Assembly (NCBI RefSeq): GCF_000195955.2 | Contig: NC_000962.3 | Span: 2,040,001-2,072,000, forward strand | Direction: 5' to 3' | Origin: Mycobacterium tuberculosis H37Rv | GTDB lineage: Bacteria; Actinomycetota; Actinomycetes; Mycobacteriales; Mycobacteriaceae | Length of the DNA: 32,000 nucleotides | Part shown: positions 1 through 8,385 of the stretch, one piece after another | How the letters are laid out: every line of letters begins with the position of its first letter | How positions within the stretch are numbered: the stretch's first letter is position 1 | The notes under the pieces: model-generated | Seen by the model: the letters and a program-made list of their open reading frames with translations, nothing else | Databases searched by the model: none | Told to the model about the DNA's origin: nothing | Translations under genes and position numbers: made by a program

Positions 1-1
1 T

Positions 2-1420
2 GATGCCCGTCTGCCGAGCTCGGCCGAGGCACCGATGGGAGTCGTCCGCGCGGTCAACAGCGCGATCGCCGCCAATGCGGCTGCGGCACAAACCGTTGGC
101 CTGGTCATGGGAGGCAGCGGCACGCCAATACCGTCGGCCAGATATGTCGAGCTCGCGAACGCGCTGTACATGAGTGGCAGCGTCCCGGGTGTTATCGCGC
201 AGGCGCTCTTCACGCCCCAAGGGCTCTACCCGGTGGTCGTGATCAAGAACCTCACTTTCGATTCCTCGGTGGCGCAGGGTGCCGTCATTCTCGAAAGTGC
301 GATTCGGCAGCAAATTGCCGCCGGCAACAACGTCACCGTCTTCGGCTACTCGCAGAGCGCCACGATCTCGTCACTAGTGATGGCCAATCTTGCGGCTTCG
401 GCCGACCCGCCGTCTCCAGACGAGCTTTCCTTCACGCTGATCGGCAATCCCAACAACCCCAATGGCGGGGTTGCCACCAGGTTCCCGGGGATCTCCTTTC
501 CAAGCTTGGGCGTGACGGCCACCGGGGCCACTCCGCACAATCTGTACCCGACCAAGATCTACACCATCGAATACGACGGCGTCGCCGACTTTCCGCGGTA
601 CCCGCTCAACTTTGTGTCGACCCTCAACGCCATTGCCGGCACCTACTACGTGCACTCCAACTACTTCATCCTGACGCCGGAACAAATTGACGCAGCGGTT
701 CCGCTGACCAATACGGTCGGTCCCACGATGACCCAGTACTACATCATTCGCACGGAGAACCTGCCGCTGCTAGAGCCACTGCGATCGGTGCCGATCGTGG
801 GGAACCCACTGGCGAACCTGGTTCAACCAAACTTGAAGGTGATTGTTAACCTGGGCTACGGCGACCCGGCCTATGGTTATTCGACCTCGCCGCCCAATGT
901 TGCGACTCCGTTCGGGTTGTTCCCAGAGGTCAGCCCGGTCGTCATCGCCGACGCTCTCGTCGCCGGGACCCAGCAGGGAATCGGCGATTTCGCCTACGAC
1001 GTCAGCCACCTCGAACTGCCGTTGCCGGCAGACGGGTCGACGATGCCAAGCACCGCACCGGGCTCGGGTACGCCGGTCCCCCCGCTCTCGATCGACAGCC
1101 TGATAGACGACCTGCAGGTGGCTAACCGCAACCTCGCCAACACGATTTCGAAGGTGGCCGCGACGAGCTACGCGACGGTGCTCCCAACCGCCGACATCGC
1201 CAATGCGGCGTTGACGATCGTGCCGTCGTACAACATCCACCTTTTTTTGGAGGGCATCCAGCAAGCGCTCAAGGGCGACCCGATGGGACTCGTCAACGCG
1301 GTCGGATACCCACTCGCGGCCGACGTGGCACTGTTCACGGCCGCAGGCGGTCTTCAGCTCTTGATCATCATCAGCGCGGGCCGAACGATTGCCAATGACA
1401 TCTCGGCCATTGTCCCCTGA
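2..1420 (+). CDS. PPE28: PPE family protein, C-terminal part with PE-PPE (alpha/beta-hydrolase-like) domain; 5' end lies outside the window
   Basis: The frame is open from the window edge to the TGA at 1418-1420. The translation is non-repetitive and carries a nucleophile-elbow-like [11 protein letters not shown] motif, typical of PE-PPE C-terminal domains. It sits directly upstream of the PPE29/PPE30 pair, as Rv1800 does in H37Rv (recalled synteny). Confidence 0.85.
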
Positions 1421-2000
1421 TCGTGTTTTGCGTGAACTTTAAAGCGTTGTGCTGAGGTATGTTCCGCTCGCGTGTGGGGCGGCCCGCGCGACCACCTATG
1501 CATGAGCGCCAATGGTCGAGACAACTACCTGCGCGGTCATCGGGCGGCCACCCAGAGGGCATGGTTCTCGGGCTGCTACTGGCTCGCGTGCTTCCATCGA
1601 GCGTGAATACATGCCGCCAAATCGGCAGTCGGCGCCGCTGGCGTGCCGCTAGCTGATCACAAAGCGCCGATACCGATGCGGCTGGCCATAGCAATGCCAA
1701 TGTTGGCGAATAGATCTCACGCGCGGCCCAAGCCAACAGCGAGGTGATGGTGATCATTCTTTACGTTGCGATTACCTCGCCGGAACGTGACACGAGCAAT
1801 ACTCGCCAACCATGATCGCCAGATATTTGGAACGGGTTTGGGTCCAGCGGCCGCCAAAAACCGACTCGCCGCCGTCCCTGACAACTCAGCGGCGAGAGGT
1901 GAACACGGGTGATTTGTCACTACGGGCCGCTGCGGTTCCTGCGCTGCCAGGGGGCCGCGAGTGCGATTCCGGCGAGCCACGCGATTAGGGATTAAGCGAA

Positions 2001-3272
2001 ATGGATTTCGGGTTGTTACCGCCGGAGATCAACTCAGGCAGGATGTATACGGGGCCGGGGCCGGGGCCCATGCTGGCCGCCGCGACAGCCTGGGACGGGC
2101 TGGCTGTTGAGCTGCACGCAACAGCGGCTGGCTACGCCTCGGAGCTATCGGCTTTGACCGGGGCATGGAGCGGTCCTTCGTCGACGTCCATGGCATCTGC
2201 AGCCGCACCCTATGTGGCATGGATGAGCGCCACCGCAGTGCATGCCGAGCTGGCGGGCGCGCAAGCCAGGTTGGCGATAGCTGCCTATGAAGCTGCGTTC
2301 GCTGCCACCGTGCCTCCGCCGGTGATCGCCGCTAATCGTGCCCAACTGATGGTGTTGATCGCGACGAACATCTTCGGGCAGAACACGCCGGCGATCATGA
2401 TGACTGAGGCCCAATACATGGAAATGTGGGCGCAGGATGCCGCCGCGATGTACGGGTACGCCGGCTCGTCAGCGACCGCCTCGCGAATGACAGCGTTCAC
2501 TGAGCCGCCGCAAACCACTAACCATGGTCAGTTGGGGGCCCAGTCCTCCGCCGTCGCACAAACCGCCGCCACCGCGGCCGGCGGCAACCTGCAATCGGCA
2601 TTCCCGCAGCTGCTCTCCGCGGTTCCCCGCGCCCTGCAAGGCCTGGCATTGCCGACCGCATCACAGTCGGCATCGGCGACGCCGCAGTGGGTTACCGACC
2701 TGGGGAACCTGTCCACCTTCCTGGGCGGGGCGGTCACCGGCCCGTACACCTTTCCCGGGGTATTGCCTCCCTCCGGGGTGCCATACCTGTTAGGCATTCA
2801 GAGCGTCTTGGTAACCCAAAACGGGCAGGGGGTAAGCGCCTTGCTTGGCAAGATCGGGGGGAAACCAATCACCGGAGCGTTGGCTCCGCTGGCCGAATTT
2901 GCTTTGCATACACCAATTTTGGGTTCGGAGGGCTTGGGTGGTGGATCGGTTTCCGCGGGTATTGGCCGGGCAGGCTTGGTCGGAAAGCTATCGGTGCCTC
3001 AGGGCTGGACGGTGGCCGCCCCGGAGATCCCATCGCCGGCGGCGGCGTTGCAGGCGACGCGCCTGGCCGCCGCGCCGATTGCGGCCACCGACGGCGCGGG
3101 TGCGTTGCTCGGTGGCATGGCGCTGTCGGGCTTGGCTGGCCGCGCTGCCGCCGGTTCTACCGGCCACCCCATCGGCAGCGCCGCAGCACCCGCCGTCGGT
3201 GCCGCTGCCGCTGCCGTCGAGGACCTGGCCACCGAAGCCAACATCTTCGTGATACCGGCCATGGACGACTAG
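2001..3272 (+). CDS. PPE29: PPE family protein (SVP-type, 423 aa)
   Basis: ATG at 2001. The N-terminus [20 protein letters not shown] is the canonical PPE signature. The conserved PPE domain includes [14 protein letters not shown], followed by an Ala/Gly/Ser-rich tail with LSVPQGW (GxxSVPxxW). The protein ends in IFVIPAMDD. Confidence 0.93.
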   Translation: MDFGLLPPEINSGRMYTGPGPGPMLAAATAWDGLAVELHATAAGYASELSALTGAWSGPSSTSMASAAAPYVAWMSATAVHAELAGAQARLAIAAYEAAFAATVPPPVIAANRAQLMVLIATNIFGQNTPAIMMTEAQYMEMWAQDAAAMYGYAGSSATASRMTAFTEPPQTTNHGQLGAQSSAVAQTAATAAGGNLQSAFPQLLSAVPRALQGLALPTASQSASATPQWVTDLGNLSTFLGGAVTGPYTFPGVLPPSGVPYLLGIQSVLVTQNGQGVSALLGKIGGKPITGALAPLAEFALHTPILGSEGLGGGSVSAGIGRAGLVGKLSVPQGWTVAAPEIPSPAAALQATRLAAAPIAATDGAGALLGGMALSGLAGRAAAGSTGHPIGSAAAPAVGAAAAAVEDLATEANIFVIPAMDD

Positions 3273-3383
3273 CGCCATGTCACGGGAGAGAAGGTTGTCG
3301 ACACTTTTGCGACCAGCGCCGGTTCGGTATGTGGCCACCGGGGCTGCCAATGGGGTTACGGCCCGTTAAGGAGGGATGCGGTA

Positions 3384-4775
3384 ATGGATTTCGGGGTGTT
3401 ACCACCGGAGATCAATTCCGGGCGCATGTATGCCGGTCCCGGGTCGGGTCCGATGCTGGCCGCGGCAGCGGCCTGGGACGGGCTGGCCACCGAATTACAG
3501 TCCACGGCGGCCGACTATGGCTCGGTGATCTCGGTTCTGACCGGCGTGTGGTCGGGACAGTCGTCGGGGACCATGGCGGCTGCGGCCGCACCGTATGTGG
3601 CGTGGATGTCGGCCACGGCGGCGCTCGCTCGGGAAGCGGCCGCCCAGGCCAGCGCGGCAGCGGCGGCCTACGAGGCAGCGTTTGCAGCCACGGTGCCGCC
3701 GCCGGTCGTCGCGGCCAACCGCGCCGAGCTGGCGGTGTTGGCGGCGACCAACATTTTCGGTCAGAACACCGGTGCGATCGCGGCCGCCGAAGCCCGCTAT
3801 GCGGAAATGTGGGCGCAAGACGCAGCCGCGATGTATGGCTATGCCGGCTCGTCGTCGGTGGCGACCCAGGTGACGCCATTTGCTGCACCGCCGCCGACCA
3901 CCAACGCGGCCGGACTGGCCACCCAAGGCGTTGCGGTTGCCCAGGCTGTCGGCGCGTCGGCCGGCAACGCGCGCTCACTGGTGTCCGAGGTGCTGGAATT
4001 CCTGGCAACGGCCGGGACGAACTACAACAAGACGGTGGCCAGCCTGATGAACGCGGTCACCGGGGTGCCGTACGCATCTTCGGTGTATAACAGCATGCTC
4101 GGGCTTGGCTTCGCTGAGTCAAAAATGGTCCTGCCGGCTAACGACACCGTAATATCGACCATCTTCGGCATGGTGCAGTTCCAGAAGTTCTTCAATCCGG
4201 TGACGCCCTTCAATCCCGATTTGATCCCGAAATCTGCTCTAGGGGCCGGGCTTGGCCTGCGGTCTGCGATCTCGAGTGGTCTGGGCTCGACCGCGCCAGC
4301 GATATCGGCGGGTGCGAGCCAGGCCGGCTCGGTCGGGGGGATGTCGGTGCCGCCGAGCTGGGCAGCGGCCACCCCGGCGATCCGGACGGTTGCCGCTGTG
4401 TTCTCGAGCACCGGACTTCAGGCTGTCCCGGCGGCCGCAATTAGCGAGGGCAGTCTGCTCAGCCAGATGGCCCTGGCGAGTGTGGCCGGAGGGGCCCTTG
4501 GCGGCGCCGCTGCACGCGCCACTGGTGGTTTCCTCGGCGGAGGCCGAGTCACCGCGGTCAAGAAATCTCTCAAGGACAGCGACTCACCGGACAAGCTGCG
4601 GCGGGTGGTCGCGCACATGATGGAGAAGCCCGAATCGGTGCAGCACTGGCACACCGACGAGGACGGGCTCGATGATCTACTCGCGGAATTGAAGAAGAAA
4701 CCGGGCATCCACGCCGTGCACATGGCCGGCGGCAACAAGGCTGAAATTGCACCGACGATATCAGAATCGGGCTAG
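3384..4775 (+). CDS. PPE30: PPE family protein (SVP-type, 463 aa) with a distinct charged C-terminal module
   Basis: SD-like aaggaggg lies upstream of the ATG at 3384. N-terminus [27 protein letters not shown] motif present. Non-low-complexity tail ...[28 protein letters not shown]... Confidence 0.93.
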
Positions 4776-4922
4776 GGCAGGGTTAGGGCGTGTCTTCCAA
4801 TTGATAGGCCCCGAGGCAGACACGAGTCGCCAGACCGCACCATTGCTTGAGTTGGTTGATGCCCTTGAGATCGGAACCCGAATCCCACAGCAGGAGAATT
4901 AGTTTCGTCCCCAGACCGGCGG

Positions 4923-6842
4923 CTACGGCTGCCCGTTCTGCCCAGGCAAACCGATCAATCCGCCCTTGCCGCCTTGGCCCCCGGGTGCGGGTGGGACACC
5001 ATCTCCGCCGTCGCCACCGGTACCGATCAGCAGGGCGGCGTTACCACCGTCACCGCCGGCACCGCCAGTGCCCGCACTGCCGCCGGTTCCGCCGGCCCCA
5101 CCGGTACCGCCACTTCCCCCGGGTCCGCCGTTGCCGATCCCCAGGCCGCTTGCCCCGCCTTGGCCACCATCGCCGCCGTTGCCGCCGTCGTTGCCCGACC
5201 CGCCGACGCCGCCGGCCCCGCCGATGCCGCCGGCCCCGCCGCTACCGAACAGTAGGCCTCCGCTGCCGCCCGCGCCACCGTCGCTGCCGTCACCTCCGGC
5301 TTCCTGAATAATGTTGCCTACTCCGGTCCCACCGGTCGCCCCATTCCCTCCGGCCCCGCCGTTGCCGATCAGAATGGCGGCGCCACCCTGGCCGGCGCTG
5401 CCTTCGAAGCCGGTACCTCCGCCGCTGCCGGCGTTACCACCGTTGCCGCCATTGCCGTATAGCACCCCACCTTGGCCGCCGTCACCCCCTGATGCACCAA
5501 ATTGAATGCTGAGGCTGCCGGCCCCAACGTCACCACCGTTGCCACCGTCACCGCCGTGACCAAACAACCCAAAACCCTGGACACTAATCGGTCCGAAGTT
5601 AACGGCACCTACCCAGCCGCCACCGCCAGCAGAGCCGCCAAAGCCCGCAAATCCGTTGGTGCCTGCGTCACCGCCCTGACCCCCGTTGCCGCCGGACGCG
5701 CCGCTGCCGAACAACCACCCGCCGTTGCCGCCGTCGCCGCCTGAGCCACCGACCCCGCCGCTCCCGCCGAAGATGGTAGTACCCAGCGCAGACCCGGCCG
5801 CTCCATTCCCGCCGTTGCCACCGGCCCCGCCGTTGCCGACTAGGCCCGCGTCACCGCCGTTACCGGCTATCCCGGCCGAACCGCCGGAAGCGCCGTTCAT
5901 GACGCCCGTTTGAGTGGAGTCGGTGCCGCCGCCGGCGCCGCTGTCCCCACCTTGCCCCCCGTTGCCGATCAGCCACCCGCCCTGGGCGCCGTTGCCCCCG
6001 TTGCCTCCTAATCCGCCGCTGCCGGCCGAATCTCCGGCTGTGTCATTAGTGCCTTGTCCTCCCATGCCACCGACCGAGCCGTTGCCGCCGTTGCCGAACA
6101 ACAGTCCACCGCGACCACCCGAACCCCCGTTTCCGCCGGCGCCCCCATCGAAGCCTGCCGACGCACCCCCGGGCGCTGTGGCGTTGCCCCCGTTTCCGCC
6201 GGCCCCACCATGTCCACCGTGACCATAGATCCATCCACCGGCGCCGCCGTTGCCGCCGGACCCGCCCGCTTTCCCGGGTTGACCGGCTGCGCCGTTGGCA
6301 CCCGCCCCGCCCTGGCCGCCATTGCCGCCGCTACCCCATAGCCCAGCCGACCCGCCGTTGCCGCCATTTTGGCCCGTCCCGCCGGACCCGCCGTTGCCAC
6401 CGTTGCCGTATAGCCATCCGCCATCGCCACCGTTTTGCCCGGTTCCTGCGACCCCGTTGGCACCGTTGCCGATAAGCGGACGCCCGGTCAGCGTCTGCAC
6501 GGGTGAATTGATGGCATCGAGGGCGGTTTGGCCCACGATTTGCAATGGTGACGAGTTGGCTGCCTCGGCGCTGGCGTACTGGGCCGCCCCCGCGCTCATG
6601 AGCTGGACGAACTGCTCATGGAATGCGACCGCGTGGGCACTGAGCTCCTGGTATGCCTGCCCGTGCGTTGCGAACAGCGCCGCAATCGCAGCCGACACGT
6701 CGTCAGCGCCCGCAGGCAGTAACGCCGTTATCGGGACCAACGCTTCGGCGTTGGCCCGGCTAATCGCCGAACCAATAGTTGCTAGGTCCTTTGCCGCTGC
6801 ATCGACAAACGCCGGCGCCACGATCATCTGCGACGTCCACAC
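4923..6842 (-). CDS. PE_PGRS32: PE_PGRS family protein (about 639 aa from the GTG at 6842; a possible alternative is the ATG at 6827)
   Basis: PE domain (...[50 protein letters not shown], containing a YxxxE motif), followed by a long Gly-Gly-Asn/Ala PGRS repeat region. The track ORF extends 11 codons further upstream, to 6875. Confidence 0.9.
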   Translation of the reverse strand: MWTSQMIVAPAFVDAAAKDLATIGSAISRANAEALVPITALLPAGADDVSAAIAALFATHGQAYQELSAHAVAFHEQFVQLMSAGAAQYASAEAANSSPLQIVGQTALDAINSPVQTLTGRPLIGNGANGVAGTGQNGGDGGWLYGNGGNGGSGGTGQNGGNGGSAGLWGSGGNGGQGGAGANGAAGQPGKAGGSGGNGGAGGWIYGHGGHGGAGGNGGNATAPGGASAGFDGGAGGNGGSGGRGGLLFGNGGNGSVGGMGGQGTNDTAGDSAGSGGLGGNGGNGAQGGWLIGNGGQGGDSGAGGGTDSTQTGVMNGASGGSAGIAGNGGDAGLVGNGGAGGNGGNGAAGSALGTTIFGGSGGVGGSGGDGGNGGWLFGSGASGGNGGQGGDAGTNGFAGFGGSAGGGGWVGAVNFGPISVQGFGLFGHGGDGGNGGDVGAGSLSIQFGASGGDGGQGGVLYGNGGNGGNAGSGGGTGFEGSAGQGGAAILIGNGGAGGNGATGGTGVGNIIQEAGGDGSDGGAGGSGGLLFGSGGAGGIGGAGGVGGSGNDGGNGGDGGQGGASGLGIGNGGPGGSGGTGGAGGTGGSAGTGGAGGDGGNAALLIGTGGDGGDGVPPAPGGQGGKGGLIGLPGQNGQP

Positions 6843-7022
6843 CTCCTGGCCGTTGTCGTCGCATGGGGAATCCATACGACCGCCAAAGGAATTTTGGAAC
6901 CGACGCCAACGTTACAGTTTTGCGGACCCGCTATGGGGTGCATTCACCAGATTCACTGGCAACGATGTGAACCCCGTGTCACCCCAAGCGGGGTCAATCC
7001 ACTGATTACTCTCTAGCCCAAA

Positions 7023-7349
7023 CTATTTCGCGCTGACGCTGGTTTTAGTGATCTGGTGGGGGCAATAGACATGCGCGGAGATCGCAGCGAACTTGCAACA
7101 ACCGTCCATCGAAAACCCGGGATTGCGGGTCCGCAGCTCGTTGACGACCTGAAGACCCGATTCGCCGCTTTCGACTAACGCGCATACGGCCTTGCCCGAT
7201 GCTATGGCTTGATCCGGGTGGCTGTAGGTAATGCCTGCCCGCTCTAGCGAGGCAAGAAAGACCGCGTCGTCACCGCTGGGCCCCGCGTGGGCCGGAACCG
7301 CCAAGCCGATCATCAACGGAATGCTGAGTAGCGTTGACACAACTCTCAT
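7023..7349 (-). CDS. Secreted DUF732-family protein (108 aa from the ATG at 7349)
   Basis: Signal peptide MRVVSTLLSIPLMIGLAVPAHA, then DDAVFLASLERAGITY...KAVCALV...GCCKFAAISAHVYCP. Clear paralogue of the ORF at 12933-13289. Corresponds to the Rv1804c position. Confidence 0.8.
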   Translation of the reverse strand: MRVVSTLLSIPLMIGLAVPAHAGPSGDDAVFLASLERAGITYSHPDQAIASGKAVCALVESGESGLQVVNELRTRNPGFSMDGCCKFAAISAHVYCPHQITKTSVSAK

Positions 7350-7598
7350 AGACAACGATTCTCCCGGAATTGCGCTTCTCTTGCGGTGCAACCGGTTACC
7401 GCGTCATTCCAATACGTTACGGCTGCGCTAACTTCCCGTCTCAGGGTGTTCGGGTTGCGCTGGACCTGAAGGTCGTCTGCTGACCGGCGTTGTCTGCTCG
7501 CTGGCTAACAGCCGATCTTGATAGCCTCCGGGGCATCGGATGAGTCAAGCCGTTGGGTTGACGCGCGTCGCTACGAGTGTCACGATTACCCTTGCAAG

Positions 7599-7765
7599 CA
7601 CCTCGCTAGGTGAGGCGTCTGCGCGGATATAGGCCACTGACCTCGAACGTCGAAAGACGCCCAGGGTCAGGACAGCTCTTCCCGGCTTAAGGGTTGAGCC
7701 CAAGTGGCTTCCGGCTGGACCGGCCGGATACGCCGTGTGGTGCCAAAGCTCTGACGAGAGGGGTG
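7599..7765 (+). promoter_or_regulatory. M-box (ykoK-leader type) Mg2+-sensing riboswitch aptamer
   Basis: Conserved M-box blocks occur in the right order: gctaggtgagg (7605-7615), cgaaagacgc (7651-7660), gggtcaggacag (7664-7675), taagggt (7688-7694), gtgccaaagctctgacgag (7740-7758). The closing helix can form between cacctcg (7599-7605) and cgagaggggtg (7755-7765). M. tuberculosis is known to carry an M-box upstream of PE20. Confidence 0.8.
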
Positions 7766-8034
7766 CCGAGTTCGGTGGTCTGCTGGGCTGTCATCCCTTT
7801 GTGCTGTGCATCGGCATCCCCGTGTGCCCCGGCCGTGAGGAGGTGAGAGCGAAATGAGTCCCGGCGATAGTCCGTATCCGAGATCGACGACCGTTTCGTT
7901 CCGATCCGACCCCGGCGCCGTTTTCGCACTCTGAATCGGCCTTCCGGTTCGAAATCCGTTATTTCGCAAGCTCGTTGCTTCGCGGCCTTGTGTGAGTGAC
8001 GTTCACGGGAAGTAGCCACGACAGAAGCGGTCAT
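7687..8034 (-). CDS. Hypothetical ORF (Rv1805c-type annotation, 115 aa); coding status doubtful
   Basis: An open frame exists, but the product is Arg/Thr/Ser-rich with no recognisable motif. It lies entirely antisense to the 3' part of the M-box and the PE20 leader. Confidence 0.2.
   Translation of the reverse strand: MTASVVATSRERHSHKAAKQRACEITDFEPEGRFRVRKRRRGRIGTKRSSISDTDYRRDSFRSHLLTAGAHGDADAQHKGMTAQQTTELGTPLVRALAPHGVSGRSSRKPLGLNP
7854..7934 (+). CDS. Candidate 26-codon leader ORF between the M-box and PE20 (MSPGDSPYPRSTTVSFRSDPGAVFAL)
   Basis: ATG at 7854 is preceded by gaggaggtgag (GGAGG at 7839-7843, 10 nt spacing). TGA at 7932-7934. There are four Pro codons, three of them within the first nine codons. 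Codon usage is not strongly Mtb-like. This is a hypothesis only. Confidence 0.2.
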   Translation: MSPGDSPYPRSTTVSFRSDPGAVFAL

Positions 8035-8071
8035 AGGCCTCCGGGTTCGGTCGTCTGTCAGGAGAAGACCC

Positions 8072-8371
8072 ATGGCGTTTGTTCTTGTCTGTCCAGATGC
8101 GCTGGCCATCGCGGCCGGTCAGTTGCGCCATGTTGGATCGGTGATAGCCGCGCGGAATGCGGTCGCGGCACCGGCAACTGCCGAATTGGCCCCGGCGGCC
8201 GCTGACGAAGTATCAGCTTTGACTGCAACACAATTCAACTTCCATGCCGCCATGTACCAAGCGGTCGGCGCCCAGGCGATCGCCATGAATGAGGCGTTCG
8301 TCGCGATGTTGGGCGCCAGCGCGGATTCTTACGCGGCTACCGAAGCCGCCAACATCATTGCTGTGAGCTAA
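8072..8371 (+). CDS. PE20: PE family protein (99 aa, no PGRS extension)
   Basis: SD aggag lies 7 nt upstream of the ATG at 8072. The PE-domain sequence ...AADEVSALTATQFNFHAAMYQAVGAQAIAMNEAFVAMLGASADSYAATEAAN contains YxxxE. It is followed 14 nt later by a PPE gene, the classic pe-ppe pair arrangement. Confidence 0.93.
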   Translation: MAFVLVCPDALAIAAGQLRHVGSVIAARNAVAAPATAELAPAAADEVSALTATQFNFHAAMYQAVGAQAIAMNEAFVAMLGASADSYAATEAANIIAVS

Positions 8372-8385
8372 CGAGGAGATCAACG

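Noticed and set aside
1371-1757. 128-aa minus-strand ORF in the PPE28-PPE29 intergenic region. A neighbouring 87-aa ORF lies at 1717-1980 (-).
   Set aside because: The composition is Arg/Trp/Ser-rich and there is no signal or domain. The first ORF overlaps the PPE28 3' end, and I know of no supporting homology. The 580-bp gap is more likely a regulatory region or 5' UTR for PPE29.
2687-4090. 467-aa + strand ORF spanning the PPE29/PPE30 junction in another frame. A related artefact is the 10604-11281 upstream extension of the PPE33 frame.
   Set aside because: The translations are Arg/Gly/Cys-rich nonsense, typical of out-of-frame high-GC DNA. They overlap well-supported PPE genes, and PPE33 clearly begins at the MDFG... 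ATG (11282).
4789-4824. 7-bp stem cgtgtct...agacacg between the convergent PPE30 and PE_PGRS32 genes, a possible bidirectional terminator.
   Set aside because: The 22-nt loop and short stem make the predicted structure weak. There is not enough support to call it a terminator.
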